This document shows positions 8,910 to 17,656 of a stretch of 64,000 bases of DNA, in pieces (the stretch's first letter is position 1; each line of letters opens with the position of its first letter). The stretch is from positions 10,430 through 74,429 of the forward strand of contig JAITCU010000028.1 of the NCBI GenBank assembly GCA_031282835.1. The letters run 5' to 3'. The notes under the pieces are model-generated. The model ran no database searches. It was not told the origin of the DNA and saw only the letters and a program-made list of their open reading frames with translations. A program made the position numbers and the translations under genes. This DNA is from Puniceicoccales bacterium. GTDB taxonomy: Bacteria > Verrucomicrobiota > Verrucomicrobiia > Opitutales > JAIRLM01.

Positions 8910-10909
8910 AGAAGGTCTCTGGCATCCACGTCCCAGAAGTAATCCACCTCCTTCGACTGGGGCATGGCTTCGCGCATTTCTTGCAGTTTTTCCATGAGAA
9001 AAATCGGATTGGTAGTGAGATACCACAGGCAATGGCGTTCATTTCCTTTGTGCGGCTGGAGTTTTCTCGGCCCTTTTAGTTGAAAGCTTTCACTGGCTCT
9101 CATCTTTGTTTCCAAAAGCGTTACCCATTCCGCAGCAAAGCATTCTACCTCCTTATTCGATTTTCCTAAAAATACCTGTTGAATAAGGTGCCGGTGCGGC
9201 GGATATCCCAGGACCTTGCGATCGGCGAGTTCTGTCTCATAAAAGGGACTGGGATCGCCACCGATTACCGCTTGGAGGATGATGTTTGCGGGGTCGCGGG
9301 TTTGTAGGATCAGTGGAATGGGCTTCGATTGCCCGGGCGACGAAGCACAAATATGACAAATGCGGGCAAGCGTTTGGAAGGCGCGTTCACCGGCGCGGAA
9401 ATCTGACCGCTGCAACTCCTGGTCCGCGTTCAGTATACCAACCAATCCGACCCGGGGGGAATGGATGAGATCAATGGCCGCATGGGTCCCGATGATGATG
9501 TCAATTTTCTCACTTCGCATGGCATCTTCAAATGCCCTAATTTTTTTAGGCGAGGATCGGATGGAATGGTCGCAGGACAAAATTCGAGCATGGGGGAAAA
9601 TTTGCCCCAAAATTTCTTCCATGCGCTCGATTCCAGCGCCGCGGGCGCGTAGGGAGGGATTATGGCAGTTGGGGCAATGGTGCGTGTGCCGTTCCACATA
9701 GGAGCAGGCCGGGCAAAAACGTTGCTTCCTCCCGCGCCACAGCGCCATCGGTCCGTCGCATTTGGGGCACGAAAGTTCAAGGTTGCACCGGTGGCAGAAA
9801 ATGCATCTTTCGTAGCCCAGGCGGTTTAAAATAAGAATTCCCTGCTCATTGCTTTGAATGCATTTTCTAAGCTCCGCTTCCAAGGTTGGAGTTACCGAAA
9901 ATCTGTTTCGGGCGCTATTTTTTGCGTCGATTACGCGAATATTGCCAATCGAGCCCACCGCAGGACCATCGGACGGTATATATTGAAACTTTCCCCGGCG
10001 GCAGGCTTGTATGGACTCCAAGGACGGCGCACCGCTGCCTAGAACGCAAAGCGCCTGGTTCAACCACGCGCGGCAGACGGCACAGTCGCGCCGGTGGAAG
10101 CGGGGTATTTTTTCACATTTGTAGGCGTCACCCTCCTCGTCATCGACGATTATTAGCCGAGGGGCAGCGATTGGTAAAAATACGGCGGCGGGTGTGCCAA
10201 TGACGGCTATGGGGCCCGCGTTTTCAATTAGCCCATTCCAAATCGCCGTCCGATCCCCCAAGGAAAGTCGGCCGTGCCACGGGAAATGGGGAATTTGCCG
10301 GCCCATTAGTTGTGCAAGACGTTCCACCTTCGAAATTTCCGGCACCAGCAGGAGAGCATTTTCACCGGAATTGAGAGCACATGCGGCCAAAGTGATATAG
10401 ATTTCCGCCCGCCGGCAAAAATTCCATTCCTGCAATAAGACCGTGCGAAATTTCCGGGAAAGTAGCGATGGGATCAAACTATCGGCCAACGTATCGCCGC
10501 TCGGAGAATTTTTAATTTCCCCGGTAAAAACGGGGGAATGCTTTCGTTTTTTCCGCATTTCCCGAGGAACGATAACTCCAAGGGCGGAGGATAGATCCGC
10601 ACCGTAGTAGCGGCAGAGCCAGCGGGCGAGGGCCATGAGATCCGGCGGCAAATGGTAAATCACCTCCCCAATGGGCTTCAATTTCCCTTCGAAGGTTGAT
10701 TTCCCCGTGTTAGTGACGACACCGGTTGTAAAGCGGTTGTTTAGAGGGACGCGGACGAGCGCGCCCTCAGAAATTTCGGCGAGGAGATGGGGTGGAACGG
10801 CGTAGCACAGGGGCTTCCCGACGGCGTCGAAGAGCTCTACAGAGACACATAGGGCATCCATTTGTCCCCAGGGAGATTCCAAAATCTTTCCAAGACGAGC
10901 CAAATTCAT
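8906..10909 (-). CDS. priA: Primosomal protein N' (PriA) homologue with degenerate helicase motifs
   Basis: 667 aa, collinear with E. coli PriA. The Cys-rich zinc-binding insertion (CHRCN..CPKCDG...CPAC....CPNC) and the C-terminal domain are retained. The Walker A, DEEH, SAT and motif VI positions are substituted (see findings). Confidence 0.88.
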   Translation of the reverse strand: MNLARLGKILESPWGQMDALCVSVELFDAVGKPLCYAVPPHLLAEISEGALVRVPLNNRFTTGVVTNTGKSTFEGKLKPIGEVIYHLPPDLMALARWLCRYYGADLSSALGVIVPREMRKKRKHSPVFTGEIKNSPSGDTLADSLIPSLLSRKFRTVLLQEWNFCRRAEIYITLAACALNSGENALLLVPEISKVERLAQLMGRQIPHFPWHGRLSLGDRTAIWNGLIENAGPIAVIGTPAAVFLPIAAPRLIIVDDEEGDAYKCEKIPRFHRRDCAVCRAWLNQALCVLGSGAPSLESIQACRRGKFQYIPSDGPAVGSIGNIRVIDAKNSARNRFSVTPTLEAELRKCIQSNEQGILILNRLGYERCIFCHRCNLELSCPKCDGPMALWRGRKQRFCPACSYVERHTHHCPNCHNPSLRARGAGIERMEEILGQIFPHARILSCDHSIRSSPKKIRAFEDAMRSEKIDIIIGTHAAIDLIHSPRVGLVGILNADQELQRSDFRAGERAFQTLARICHICASSPGQSKPIPLILQTRDPANIILQAVIGGDPSPFYETELADRKVLGYPPHRHLIQQVFLGKSNKEVECFAAEWVTLLETKMRASESFQLKGPRKLQPHKGNERHCLWYLTTNPIFLMEKLQEMREAMPQSKEVDYFWDVDARDLL

Positions 10910-10989
10910 CAGCCCACGCAGGTGAAGTTAGAAATAGCACACCATTCGGTTTTTCTTGACTTATTGGCAGACTCCATTATTAATCGTTC

Positions 10990-12738
10990 ATGCTCAAGCT
11001 CGAAACTGTATCAAATGGCTTCACTGCAGCCATATCACCAAGAATTCGAAGCGCTACCGTGACAGTGGTCCAGTTTGCCCAGCGTTACCTATGTGCGGCC
11101 GTGCTATTTTTAAAGTGGGTATGGAACTGGCTTGTTATCCACCTGCACCTGCCAGTATCCTGGACGTTTCTCATTGCGAGCGAAGAACCACTGAGTTCAA
11201 CGCCAATTAAATATGAAGAAGCAACTCCAACAAAAGCTGAAGAACCAGTACCATCTAGGGATGAAGAAGCAATACCATCTATGGACGAGGGAGCAACTCC
11301 AACAAAAGCTGAAGAACCAGCACCATCTATGGATGAAGAAACAACCCCAACAAAAGCTGAAGAACCAGCACCATCTAGGGATGAAGAAACGCCTCCAGTA
11401 AAACCCGAGGAACCGACGCCGAAGCCAGATGTAGAGCCAGATATCGAGTTGCCAAAAATTCCGCCAGAGGTGCCGGGAAAAAAATTACCAGACAATGCAT
11501 CGCCATACGATGTATACATCCATAATGCAGCATCAAGATACCTCATGCTGGATGATCCATATTTGGCAGCCGATGAGCTTTATTGGAGTGTCTTCACCGG
11601 ATATTCATGCGATGGAATCTTTGATGAACTTGAACGACTCAATCCGCCTTTCGCGGATAGGGTTTTTGCGTTAGCACAAAAGTTTTCAGATCACCCCCTC
11701 GTCGGGATAAAAAAAATCTTTGGCGCGGATAAGGACGCGTGCAAAGCGGAGCTCGCCAAGATAGTCGCTATGGACATGTCACAAGGCGTGGTGCTCAGAA
11801 TCCTTTCGCGTTCATTCAGTACAGGACGACACGACCTGGTTGACATGACGATGAAGATATTGGCCGAAAGGAAAGCTTCAACTCCCGATGAAGTCACCCA
11901 GTATGAGCGGGATTTGTCCGAAATGCAAAAGTATGCTAAAGTATTCTCAGCATTTGACGCAAACGGGAGACTGATCGGGGAAATGCCAATGACCGTAGAT
12001 GGACACCTTGATTTTGACGTTGCCCTCCTTATAAAGCACCTGCCTCCACCGGCGGCAGCCACGTTATTCAAGCTTTGCAAGCATACCTACACTGATCATG
12101 CCGTGCCAGAGTACCCCAACAACTGGACCTTGCTTGGGATGCCACCAGAAGAAATCGCAGAATGCCTATCGGTGGAGTTGGGCGAACAAGAAATTGAAAG
12201 ATTCCCGTTTCTATGGCACACCAACGAGCTTCTCATTAAAATTGCGCCGCAAATACCACAAGATGTGCGGGAGAAATTTCTTGATACCGCTAACGTTCCA
12301 AGCGAATATGCTTCAGTCTTTGAAACACTTTCCCCCGAAGCCAGGGCCAAATATGCACCTCAAACGGGCGCAGAAGCCGTAGCCTTTGCGGCGACGCACA
12401 AGCCGGGACATCCTGGCATGCAGGTTTGGCTAGCTAAGGCGTCCATGGAAGAAATTGAAGCATACCTGGCTAGCGCTGGCATCGTTAATCTATGGAACCT
12501 TCTGATAGTGATGCTCACGGATGTGGATACGAAAAGGGGTCTGCCCGAGTTTGCCATTAAGGCCGCGTATGTTGTGCGCTACTTTGCGGATAAAAACATT
12601 TTACAAATGGAACGAATGCAGAAATTTGTGGAATGGGTACATAAAGCGTGGAGCTTACCGCCAGCAGTCACAAGGATTCTTCCGCCGCCATTGAATGAGC
12701 TATCCAGGGAGAAGCGCTGGGAGCCCTTTCGCTATTAG
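10990..12738 (+). CDS. Hypothetical effector-like protein with an N-terminal hydrophobic segment, acidic Pro-rich 16-aa tandem repeats and an alpha-helical C-terminal region
   Basis: 582-aa ORF (the true start may be internal). It has the hydrophobic stretch LCAAVLFLKWVWNWLVIHLHL, the repeats EEATPTKAEEP[VA]PS[RM]D, and no enzymatic motif. Confidence 0.65.
   Translation: MLKLETVSNGFTAAISPRIRSATVTVVQFAQRYLCAAVLFLKWVWNWLVIHLHLPVSWTFLIASEEPLSSTPIKYEEATPTKAEEPVPSRDEEAIPSMDEGATPTKAEEPAPSMDEETTPTKAEEPAPSRDEETPPVKPEEPTPKPDVEPDIELPKIPPEVPGKKLPDNASPYDVYIHNAASRYLMLDDPYLAADELYWSVFTGYSCDGIFDELERLNPPFADRVFALAQKFSDHPLVGIKKIFGADKDACKAELAKIVAMDMSQGVVLRILSRSFSTGRHDLVDMTMKILAERKASTPDEVTQYERDLSEMQKYAKVFSAFDANGRLIGEMPMTVDGHLDFDVALLIKHLPPPAAATLFKLCKHTYTDHAVPEYPNNWTLLGMPPEEIAECLSVELGEQEIERFPFLWHTNELLIKIAPQIPQDVREKFLDTANVPSEYASVFETLSPEARAKYAPQTGAEAVAFAATHKPGHPGMQVWLAKASMEEIEAYLASAGIVNLWNLLIVMLTDVDTKRGLPEFAIKAAYVVRYFADKNILQMERMQKFVEWVHKAWSLPPAVTRILPPPLNELSREKRWEPFRY
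11215..11430 (+). repeat. In-frame 48-nt tandem repeat, about 4.5 copies, encoding the units EE(A/T)TPTKAEEP(A/V)PS(R/M)D
   Basis: Direct reading gives EEATPTKAEEPVPSRD / EEAIPSMD / EGATPTKAEEPAPSMD / EETTPTKAEEPAPSRD / EETPPVKPEEPTPKPD. Confidence 0.9.
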
Positions 12739-13166
12739 GTCGTGTCAACTAGCGACCACATCTGCAACGCCACGGCAAACGGGTTTTCCATACCATCGAT
12801 CGAAAGATTCTGTGCCGCAGCAAAATATTGTAAAATTTGTTTGACAAGTCGGAATTTTTCGGCAGCGTAGAATACGATCATGATCGCGATGGCCGTGGGG
12901 CCACTTTTAAAGAGTTCGAATTGAGCACAAAACAGTTAGCAGAAAATTGAACAAGGTAAAAAAGCGCCGCAGGCGGCAAAAATGTGTCCATGGGAAGCAC
13001 ATGGGGCAATCAAAGGAAGTTTGTAATTTATAAGTGTAAATTATTGAAATTATTAAGCACACGAAAGACTATTATTATGTACTATTTTACGAGATCTCGT
13101 TGGAACGAGAAGCATTTCACGCAAGAAAAAAGTGCCCGCTGGAAGCCCTTCGGCTTTTGTGGGCGA

Positions 13167-14450
13167 TTACCGGTATCCACCCGGGCCAGCGGCGACTTTT
13201 TTGGAAAATTTCTCCGCCCCCAGCAGATGGACATACTCGGGAAGCCCACCCTTATGGGGAACTTCCACCTCCCCCTGAATCAGCGGCGACACGTAGCGGA
13301 GGAAATTATTGGATATCATCGACCCAGATTCGTCGACCCAGGCCTGCGGGAATTCCTTCACCTTCCCCGCAATCTCATCCAGTGCGGAAAGCCCGTAGCT
13401 GACCTGATAGGGCGTGTCGCTTTCCCGGACGATGGTAACCATTTTTCCCGATGCACCACCGATGGCGGCCTTCACGGCGCGCACACCGCATTCGTAGGCC
13501 TCTTCGTTGTCCCGGGTGGACGCGCAATGGGCCGCGGCGCGCTGGGCGATACCAAGTTTTGTCGTCCGCGTTTTGATTTTCAGATTTTTTTCCACGAGGC
13601 TCTGCAGGTATTCCGCAGCTCCGCCCAACTCCGTGCGACCCAGGGGATCCTTAATCCCGCTCACCTGCACGTAATTCCCCTCGGAATTGCGAATGCCCTC
13701 AGAAACCACCACCAGGCAGTAGCGACTTTGCATCAGAACTTTTTTCACCGAAGAAAGGAATTCTTGGTCGATGAACGGCCGTTCGGGGATGTAAATGAGA
13801 TGGGGTGCGTCGAATGGCGTACCGCTGGTGCGGGCGAGCATGGACCCCGCTGCAATCCACCCCGCATCCCGGCCCATGACTTCTATGATGGAAACCAAAT
13901 TGTAATCCCCCATGGACTGGTCGTCGATGGCGATTTCCCGCACCGTCGTGGCAACGTACTTCACCACGCTGCCGTATCCAGGGGAGTGGTCCGTTATCAC
14001 CAAATCGTTGTCGATGGTCTTAGGAATCCCAATGGCGCGGATTTCGTAGCCAATCTTTTGGGCATGGCCGTGAATGGCGTGAATGGCCGCCTGGGATCCA
14101 TTGCCGCCGATGTAAAACAGATAGCGGATGTCCATCCGTTCAAAGGCGACGAACATTTTTTCCAAATCGCCCGCTTCCATACGCCGGCGGAAACTCCCCA
14201 AGGCCGCACCGGGAGTATGGCGCAGCCCTCGAATCACGTGCTGCGATTCCTCCGCCAGGTCAACCAGCTGACCACTAAGAATTCCGTGGAGGCCATTGAG
14301 CGCCCCATAAACCTCCCCGATGCACTCGTGATTGAGCGCCTCCTGAACGACCCCAGCCAGCGAGGAATTAATGACCACCGTTGGGCCACCGGATTGTGCC
14401 ACAAGCAAATTCCCGGGTAATTCCCGCGCATCCGTTCCTTCATCCATCAT
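13167..14450 (-). CDS. pfp: Phosphofructokinase, PPi-type features (Pfp-like)
   Basis: PFK-family motifs are SGGPTVVIN, YIGGNGS, GIPKTIDNDL and MGRDAGWIA. The ORF track starts at 14519, but the MMDEG... start at 14450 avoids overlap with the divergent glmM. Confidence 0.88.
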   Translation of the reverse strand: MMDEGTDARELPGNLLVAQSGGPTVVINSSLAGVVQEALNHECIGEVYGALNGLHGILSGQLVDLAEESQHVIRGLRHTPGAALGSFRRRMEAGDLEKMFVAFERMDIRYLFYIGGNGSQAAIHAIHGHAQKIGYEIRAIGIPKTIDNDLVITDHSPGYGSVVKYVATTVREIAIDDQSMGDYNLVSIIEVMGRDAGWIAAGSMLARTSGTPFDAPHLIYIPERPFIDQEFLSSVKKVLMQSRYCLVVVSEGIRNSEGNYVQVSGIKDPLGRTELGGAAEYLQSLVEKNLKIKTRTTKLGIAQRAAAHCASTRDNEEAYECGVRAVKAAIGGASGKMVTIVRESDTPYQVSYGLSALDEIAGKVKEFPQAWVDESGSMISNNFLRYVSPLIQGEVEVPHKGGLPEYVHLLGAEKFSKKVAAGPGGYR

Positions 14451-14545
14451 CTTTTCGCTTATTATCCCTCGCATAAGACATGAATGTAAACAAAAATTAC
14501 ACTGCCCTTGCAAAGACATCCCGGCTGGGTTGTAACCTCCACTCC

Positions 14546-15913
14546 ATGGCGCATGTGCCGCAGAGTCTTTTTGGCACCGACGGAATTCGGGGAAAGTTCG
14601 GAACTTTTCCCATTACCGGGGAATTTTTTGAAAAAATCGGCCGGGCGCTCGGCGTGTGCTTGCAACAAAAGGCCACAAATGGAAAAATCCTCATCGGCAT
14701 CGACACCCGGGCATCGGCGAATTTGCTGAAAAATGCCCTGTTTCGCGGCATTGGCAGGTGTTTTGAAATTCACGACCTGGGAGTTTTGGCGACTCCGGCC
14801 ATTGCCTTTCTTACTAAGCAATATGGTGCCGTCTGCGGTATTTCCATCACCGCCTCGCACAATCCGCATACGGACAACGGCATTAAAATTTTTGATGGTG
14901 AAGGGCATAAATTGTCTGCGGCCAGAGAAAAACAGTTGGAAAACCTAATTTTTCGGGAGGGGGACGATACTCATTCGGCCGCCGAACAGACCACCGCGCG
15001 CAGCAATTCGGGCGAATTTTTGGCCGCCTACGCTCGGCATTGGGGGGGGGCATTTGAAAAAAACTGTCTAAAAAATCTCTCCATCGTTTTCGATGCGGCC
15101 AACGGGGCAACGGCCGCCTATGGGGGCGCCCTTTTGAATCAGCTGGGCGCGCGCGTTTTCGCCATTGGCGATGCCCCGTCGGGGACAAATATTAATGAAA
15201 ATTTTGGCACAGAGCATCCGCAAACGCTCCAGCGGACAGTCGTCAAAACGGGAGCGCACCTTGGCATCGCCTTGGATGGCGACGGTGACCGGGTGATTCT
15301 CTGTGATCGGGAGGGAAAAATTTTTGCAGGAGAACATCTTCTCGCGCTTCTTGCCATTAATTTTCAGCGGCAACGACGCCTAAAATCCGACGCTATTGTG
15401 ACAACCATCGTCTGCAACACTGCCGTTGATAGAGCGTTAAAAAAACACGGAATCCATGTCCATCGCTGTCATGTGGGTGATCGCAATGTCGCCGAAACCA
15501 TGGCATGCACCGGGTGTAACTTAGGAGGAGAGTCCTCGGGTCACGTTATTTGCACGGACTTTTCGCCAGCCGCGGATGGGCTTTTCACTGCCGTTGCTTT
15601 TATACACGCCATTGCCGATAATTGGGACTTCCGCATTTCCTCTATGCGGGATTATTTTCCCTTAAATCCTTGCGAAACACTGGATTTGCCAATTTCGAGC
15701 AAGCCGCCCATAGAAGAACTCCCTGAACTCCAAAAAGCTATCATGGACGTGGAAAACGAACTCGCCAGAACGGGTATTGGCCGCGTGTTGGTACGTTACT
15801 CGGGAACGGAGAATACGTTGCGCATCCTAGTGGAAGCCAACACCTACGGCCAAGCCAGGGCACTAGTCCAACATGTTGCCAACGCGGTCCCAGCCTTTGC
15901 GATTGGAGAATAA
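14546..15913 (+). CDS. glmM: Phosphoglucosamine mutase
   Basis: FGTDGIRG N-terminus, active-site Ser motif SITASHNPHTDNGIKIF, metal loop ALDGDGDRV, GGESSGH. The likely start is the ATG at 14546 (MAHVPQSLFGTDGIRG) rather than the track start at 14480. Confidence 0.95.
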   Translation: MAHVPQSLFGTDGIRGKFGTFPITGEFFEKIGRALGVCLQQKATNGKILIGIDTRASANLLKNALFRGIGRCFEIHDLGVLATPAIAFLTKQYGAVCGISITASHNPHTDNGIKIFDGEGHKLSAAREKQLENLIFREGDDTHSAAEQTTARSNSGEFLAAYARHWGGAFEKNCLKNLSIVFDAANGATAAYGGALLNQLGARVFAIGDAPSGTNINENFGTEHPQTLQRTVVKTGAHLGIALDGDGDRVILCDREGKIFAGEHLLALLAINFQRQRRLKSDAIVTTIVCNTAVDRALKKHGIHVHRCHVGDRNVAETMACTGCNLGGESSGHVICTDFSPAADGLFTAVAFIHAIADNWDFRISSMRDYFPLNPCETLDLPISSKPPIEELPELQKAIMDVENELARTGIGRVLVRYSGTENTLRILVEANTYGQARALVQHVANAVPAFAIGE

Positions 15914-16129
15914 AATGTGCGTACCCATGCCTTGGACAAAGATGCGGGTCTAGAAAAATTGAGAAAATTCAAATGCCCGAGGTCGAAATACTTGCAATTG
16001 TATACGGGGCCATATCTGCAGACAGACCGAGACGTTTATTCAGCATATTAGCTGCAACTACGGGCTTGCGGACCTAGCAGCCATTTTCGGAGCGTTGACA
16101 ACGGCTTTTTGGCGGTACAGTGTCCGCCA

Positions 16130-17410
16130 ATGAAGCGGGTTTTACCCGGATTTCGCGATTTTTATCCCGATTCCTGCGCCATTCGGAACCATCTTTTTCA
16201 AAATTTTCGGCGAGTAACCGCCGCCTTTGGATTTGAGGAATTTGATGGACCAATCCTGGAACCATTGGACCTTTTCGTGGAAAAATCAGGGGAAGAAATC
16301 GTTTCCCAACTGTTTAATTTTTCCGACCGGGGCGGACGGGCAGTCGCACTGCGTCCAGAACTTACTCCGACGCTTGCACGGATGGTTGCGGCACGCGCGG
16401 CAACACTCAAACGCCCTATTCGCTGGTGTAACGTGGGAGAACATTTTCGCTATGAACGTCCACAAAAAGGGCGACTTCGCTCATTTTGGCAGATGAACGC
16501 TGACCTCTTGGGAGAAGGCGATGTTACCGCGGATGCGGAGATAATTGCCCTTTTAGTTTCTGTTTTTCGACAAATCGGACTTGGCGCAGATGACTTTGTC
16601 GTTCGCATCAGCGACCGGCGGCTTTGGAAAGATTTCCTGGAAAAATTTGGCCTACCCGGCGAGCAAGTACCTTCCATTTTGGGCATTATTGATAAGTTGG
16701 GACGGGATACTCTTCAGGAATCGAAAAAAAAATTAGAAGAGCTTTGCCCGAGCCGGGGTTCTGATCTTTTTGCAGCAGTCAACGATTTGCGGCAGTGTCG
16801 TACACTGGAAGACATCCAAAATGCCATAGGCAGTCAAAACTCGTCTCGCCTAGGTGATTGGGAAAGACTTTCACAATTGCTGGATGATCTGCGGTTGACG
16901 CCCTTCGTCCAAATCGACCTAGGCATCGTGCGGGGCCTTGCCTATTACTCAGGATTTGTTTTTGAAGCATTTGAGCGATCTGGGCAAAGTAGGGCTTTGG
17001 CTGGTGGCGGGAGGTATGACGATCTGCTGGAAAAACTCCATAAAACTTCTTTACCAGCCTGTGGATTTGCAATTGGCGATGTGACCCTCGGACTTTTATT
17101 GGAAGAAAAAAATTTAATTCCCATCTACAACAGCGCCCCACACGTATTTGTCATTTTTTCGGAGGAGACTCAAAAAATGGCCCTCTCCCTTTGCCAGGAC
17201 TTGCGAGCCCGGGGAATATCCCTGCGCTACGATCTTAAGCGGGAGTCATCTTTCTCGAGGCAACTCAAGGAGGCAGGTAGGTCCGGAGCTGTTTTTGCAC
17301 TATTTGTCGGTCCCGACGAAGTGGTATCTGGAAAATTCACGCTAAAGAATCTCGCTTCTGGAGACACACGGGTCCTCACATTCGGTGAGCTTCTGAGCAC
17401 CCTTGGCTGA
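16130..17410 (+). CDS. hisS: Histidyl-tRNA synthetase
   Basis: Class II aaRS motifs are GFRDFYP, motif 2 FRYERPQKGRLRSFWQ and motif 3 GGGRYDDL, with a C-terminal anticodon-binding domain. The likely start is MKRVLPGFRDF at 16130. Confidence 0.95.
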   Translation: MKRVLPGFRDFYPDSCAIRNHLFQNFRRVTAAFGFEEFDGPILEPLDLFVEKSGEEIVSQLFNFSDRGGRAVALRPELTPTLARMVAARAATLKRPIRWCNVGEHFRYERPQKGRLRSFWQMNADLLGEGDVTADAEIIALLVSVFRQIGLGADDFVVRISDRRLWKDFLEKFGLPGEQVPSILGIIDKLGRDTLQESKKKLEELCPSRGSDLFAAVNDLRQCRTLEDIQNAIGSQNSSRLGDWERLSQLLDDLRLTPFVQIDLGIVRGLAYYSGFVFEAFERSGQSRALAGGGRYDDLLEKLHKTSLPACGFAIGDVTLGLLLEEKNLIPIYNSAPHVFVIFSEETQKMALSLCQDLRARGISLRYDLKRESSFSRQLKEAGRSGAVFALFVGPDEVVSGKFTLKNLASGDTRVLTFGELLSTLG

Positions 17411-17416
17411 CGCCGA

Positions 17417-17491
17417 TGGCGCTCCCATCGGGATTCGAACCCAAATCGTCGGTTCCGGAGACCAATATTCTATCCATTGAACTATGGGAGC
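17417..17491 (-). tRNA. tRNA-Arg (anticodon CCG), CCA encoded
   Basis: The reverse complement GCTCCCATAGTTCAATGGATAGAATATTGGTCTCCGGAACCGACGATTTGGGTTCGAATCCCGATGGGAGCGCCA was folded by hand. It gives a 7-bp acceptor stem, a D arm GTTC/GAAT, an anticodon stem TTGGT/ACCGA with loop CTCCGGA, a T arm TTGGG/CCCGA with a TTCGAAT loop, and a 3' CCA. Confidence 0.9.
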
Positions 17492-17620
17492 GCGACCCGA
17501 TGCAGTACTGCAGGTGATCGGATGGCAAGCGCAATCTGAAAATCAAAAATTTTCCGCCCACGGGGCGCTGGTCATGTGCCCCTATGGCGAGAAAACATAA
17601 CTCAGTCAAAGAGATATGTG

Positions 17621-17648
17621 TTGACATATGCCTCGTTTCCTGTATACG
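17621..17648 (+). promoter_or_regulatory. Candidate sigma70/66-type promoter (TTGACA-16 nt-TATACG) upstream of the 17657 ORF
   Basis: TTGACA at 17621-17626 and TATACG at 17643-17648. A perfect TATAAT at 17649-17654 has a 22-nt spacer to the -35 and lies 2 nt before the annotated ATG. Either the mRNA is nearly leaderless or the true start codon is downstream. Confidence 0.3.
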
Positions 17649-17656
17649 TATAATGT

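Noticed and set aside
12984-14420. 478-aa plus-strand ORF
   Set aside because: It lies entirely antisense to the well-supported phosphofructokinase gene. Its translation is Arg/Gly/His-rich with no motifs, so it is a shadow ORF.
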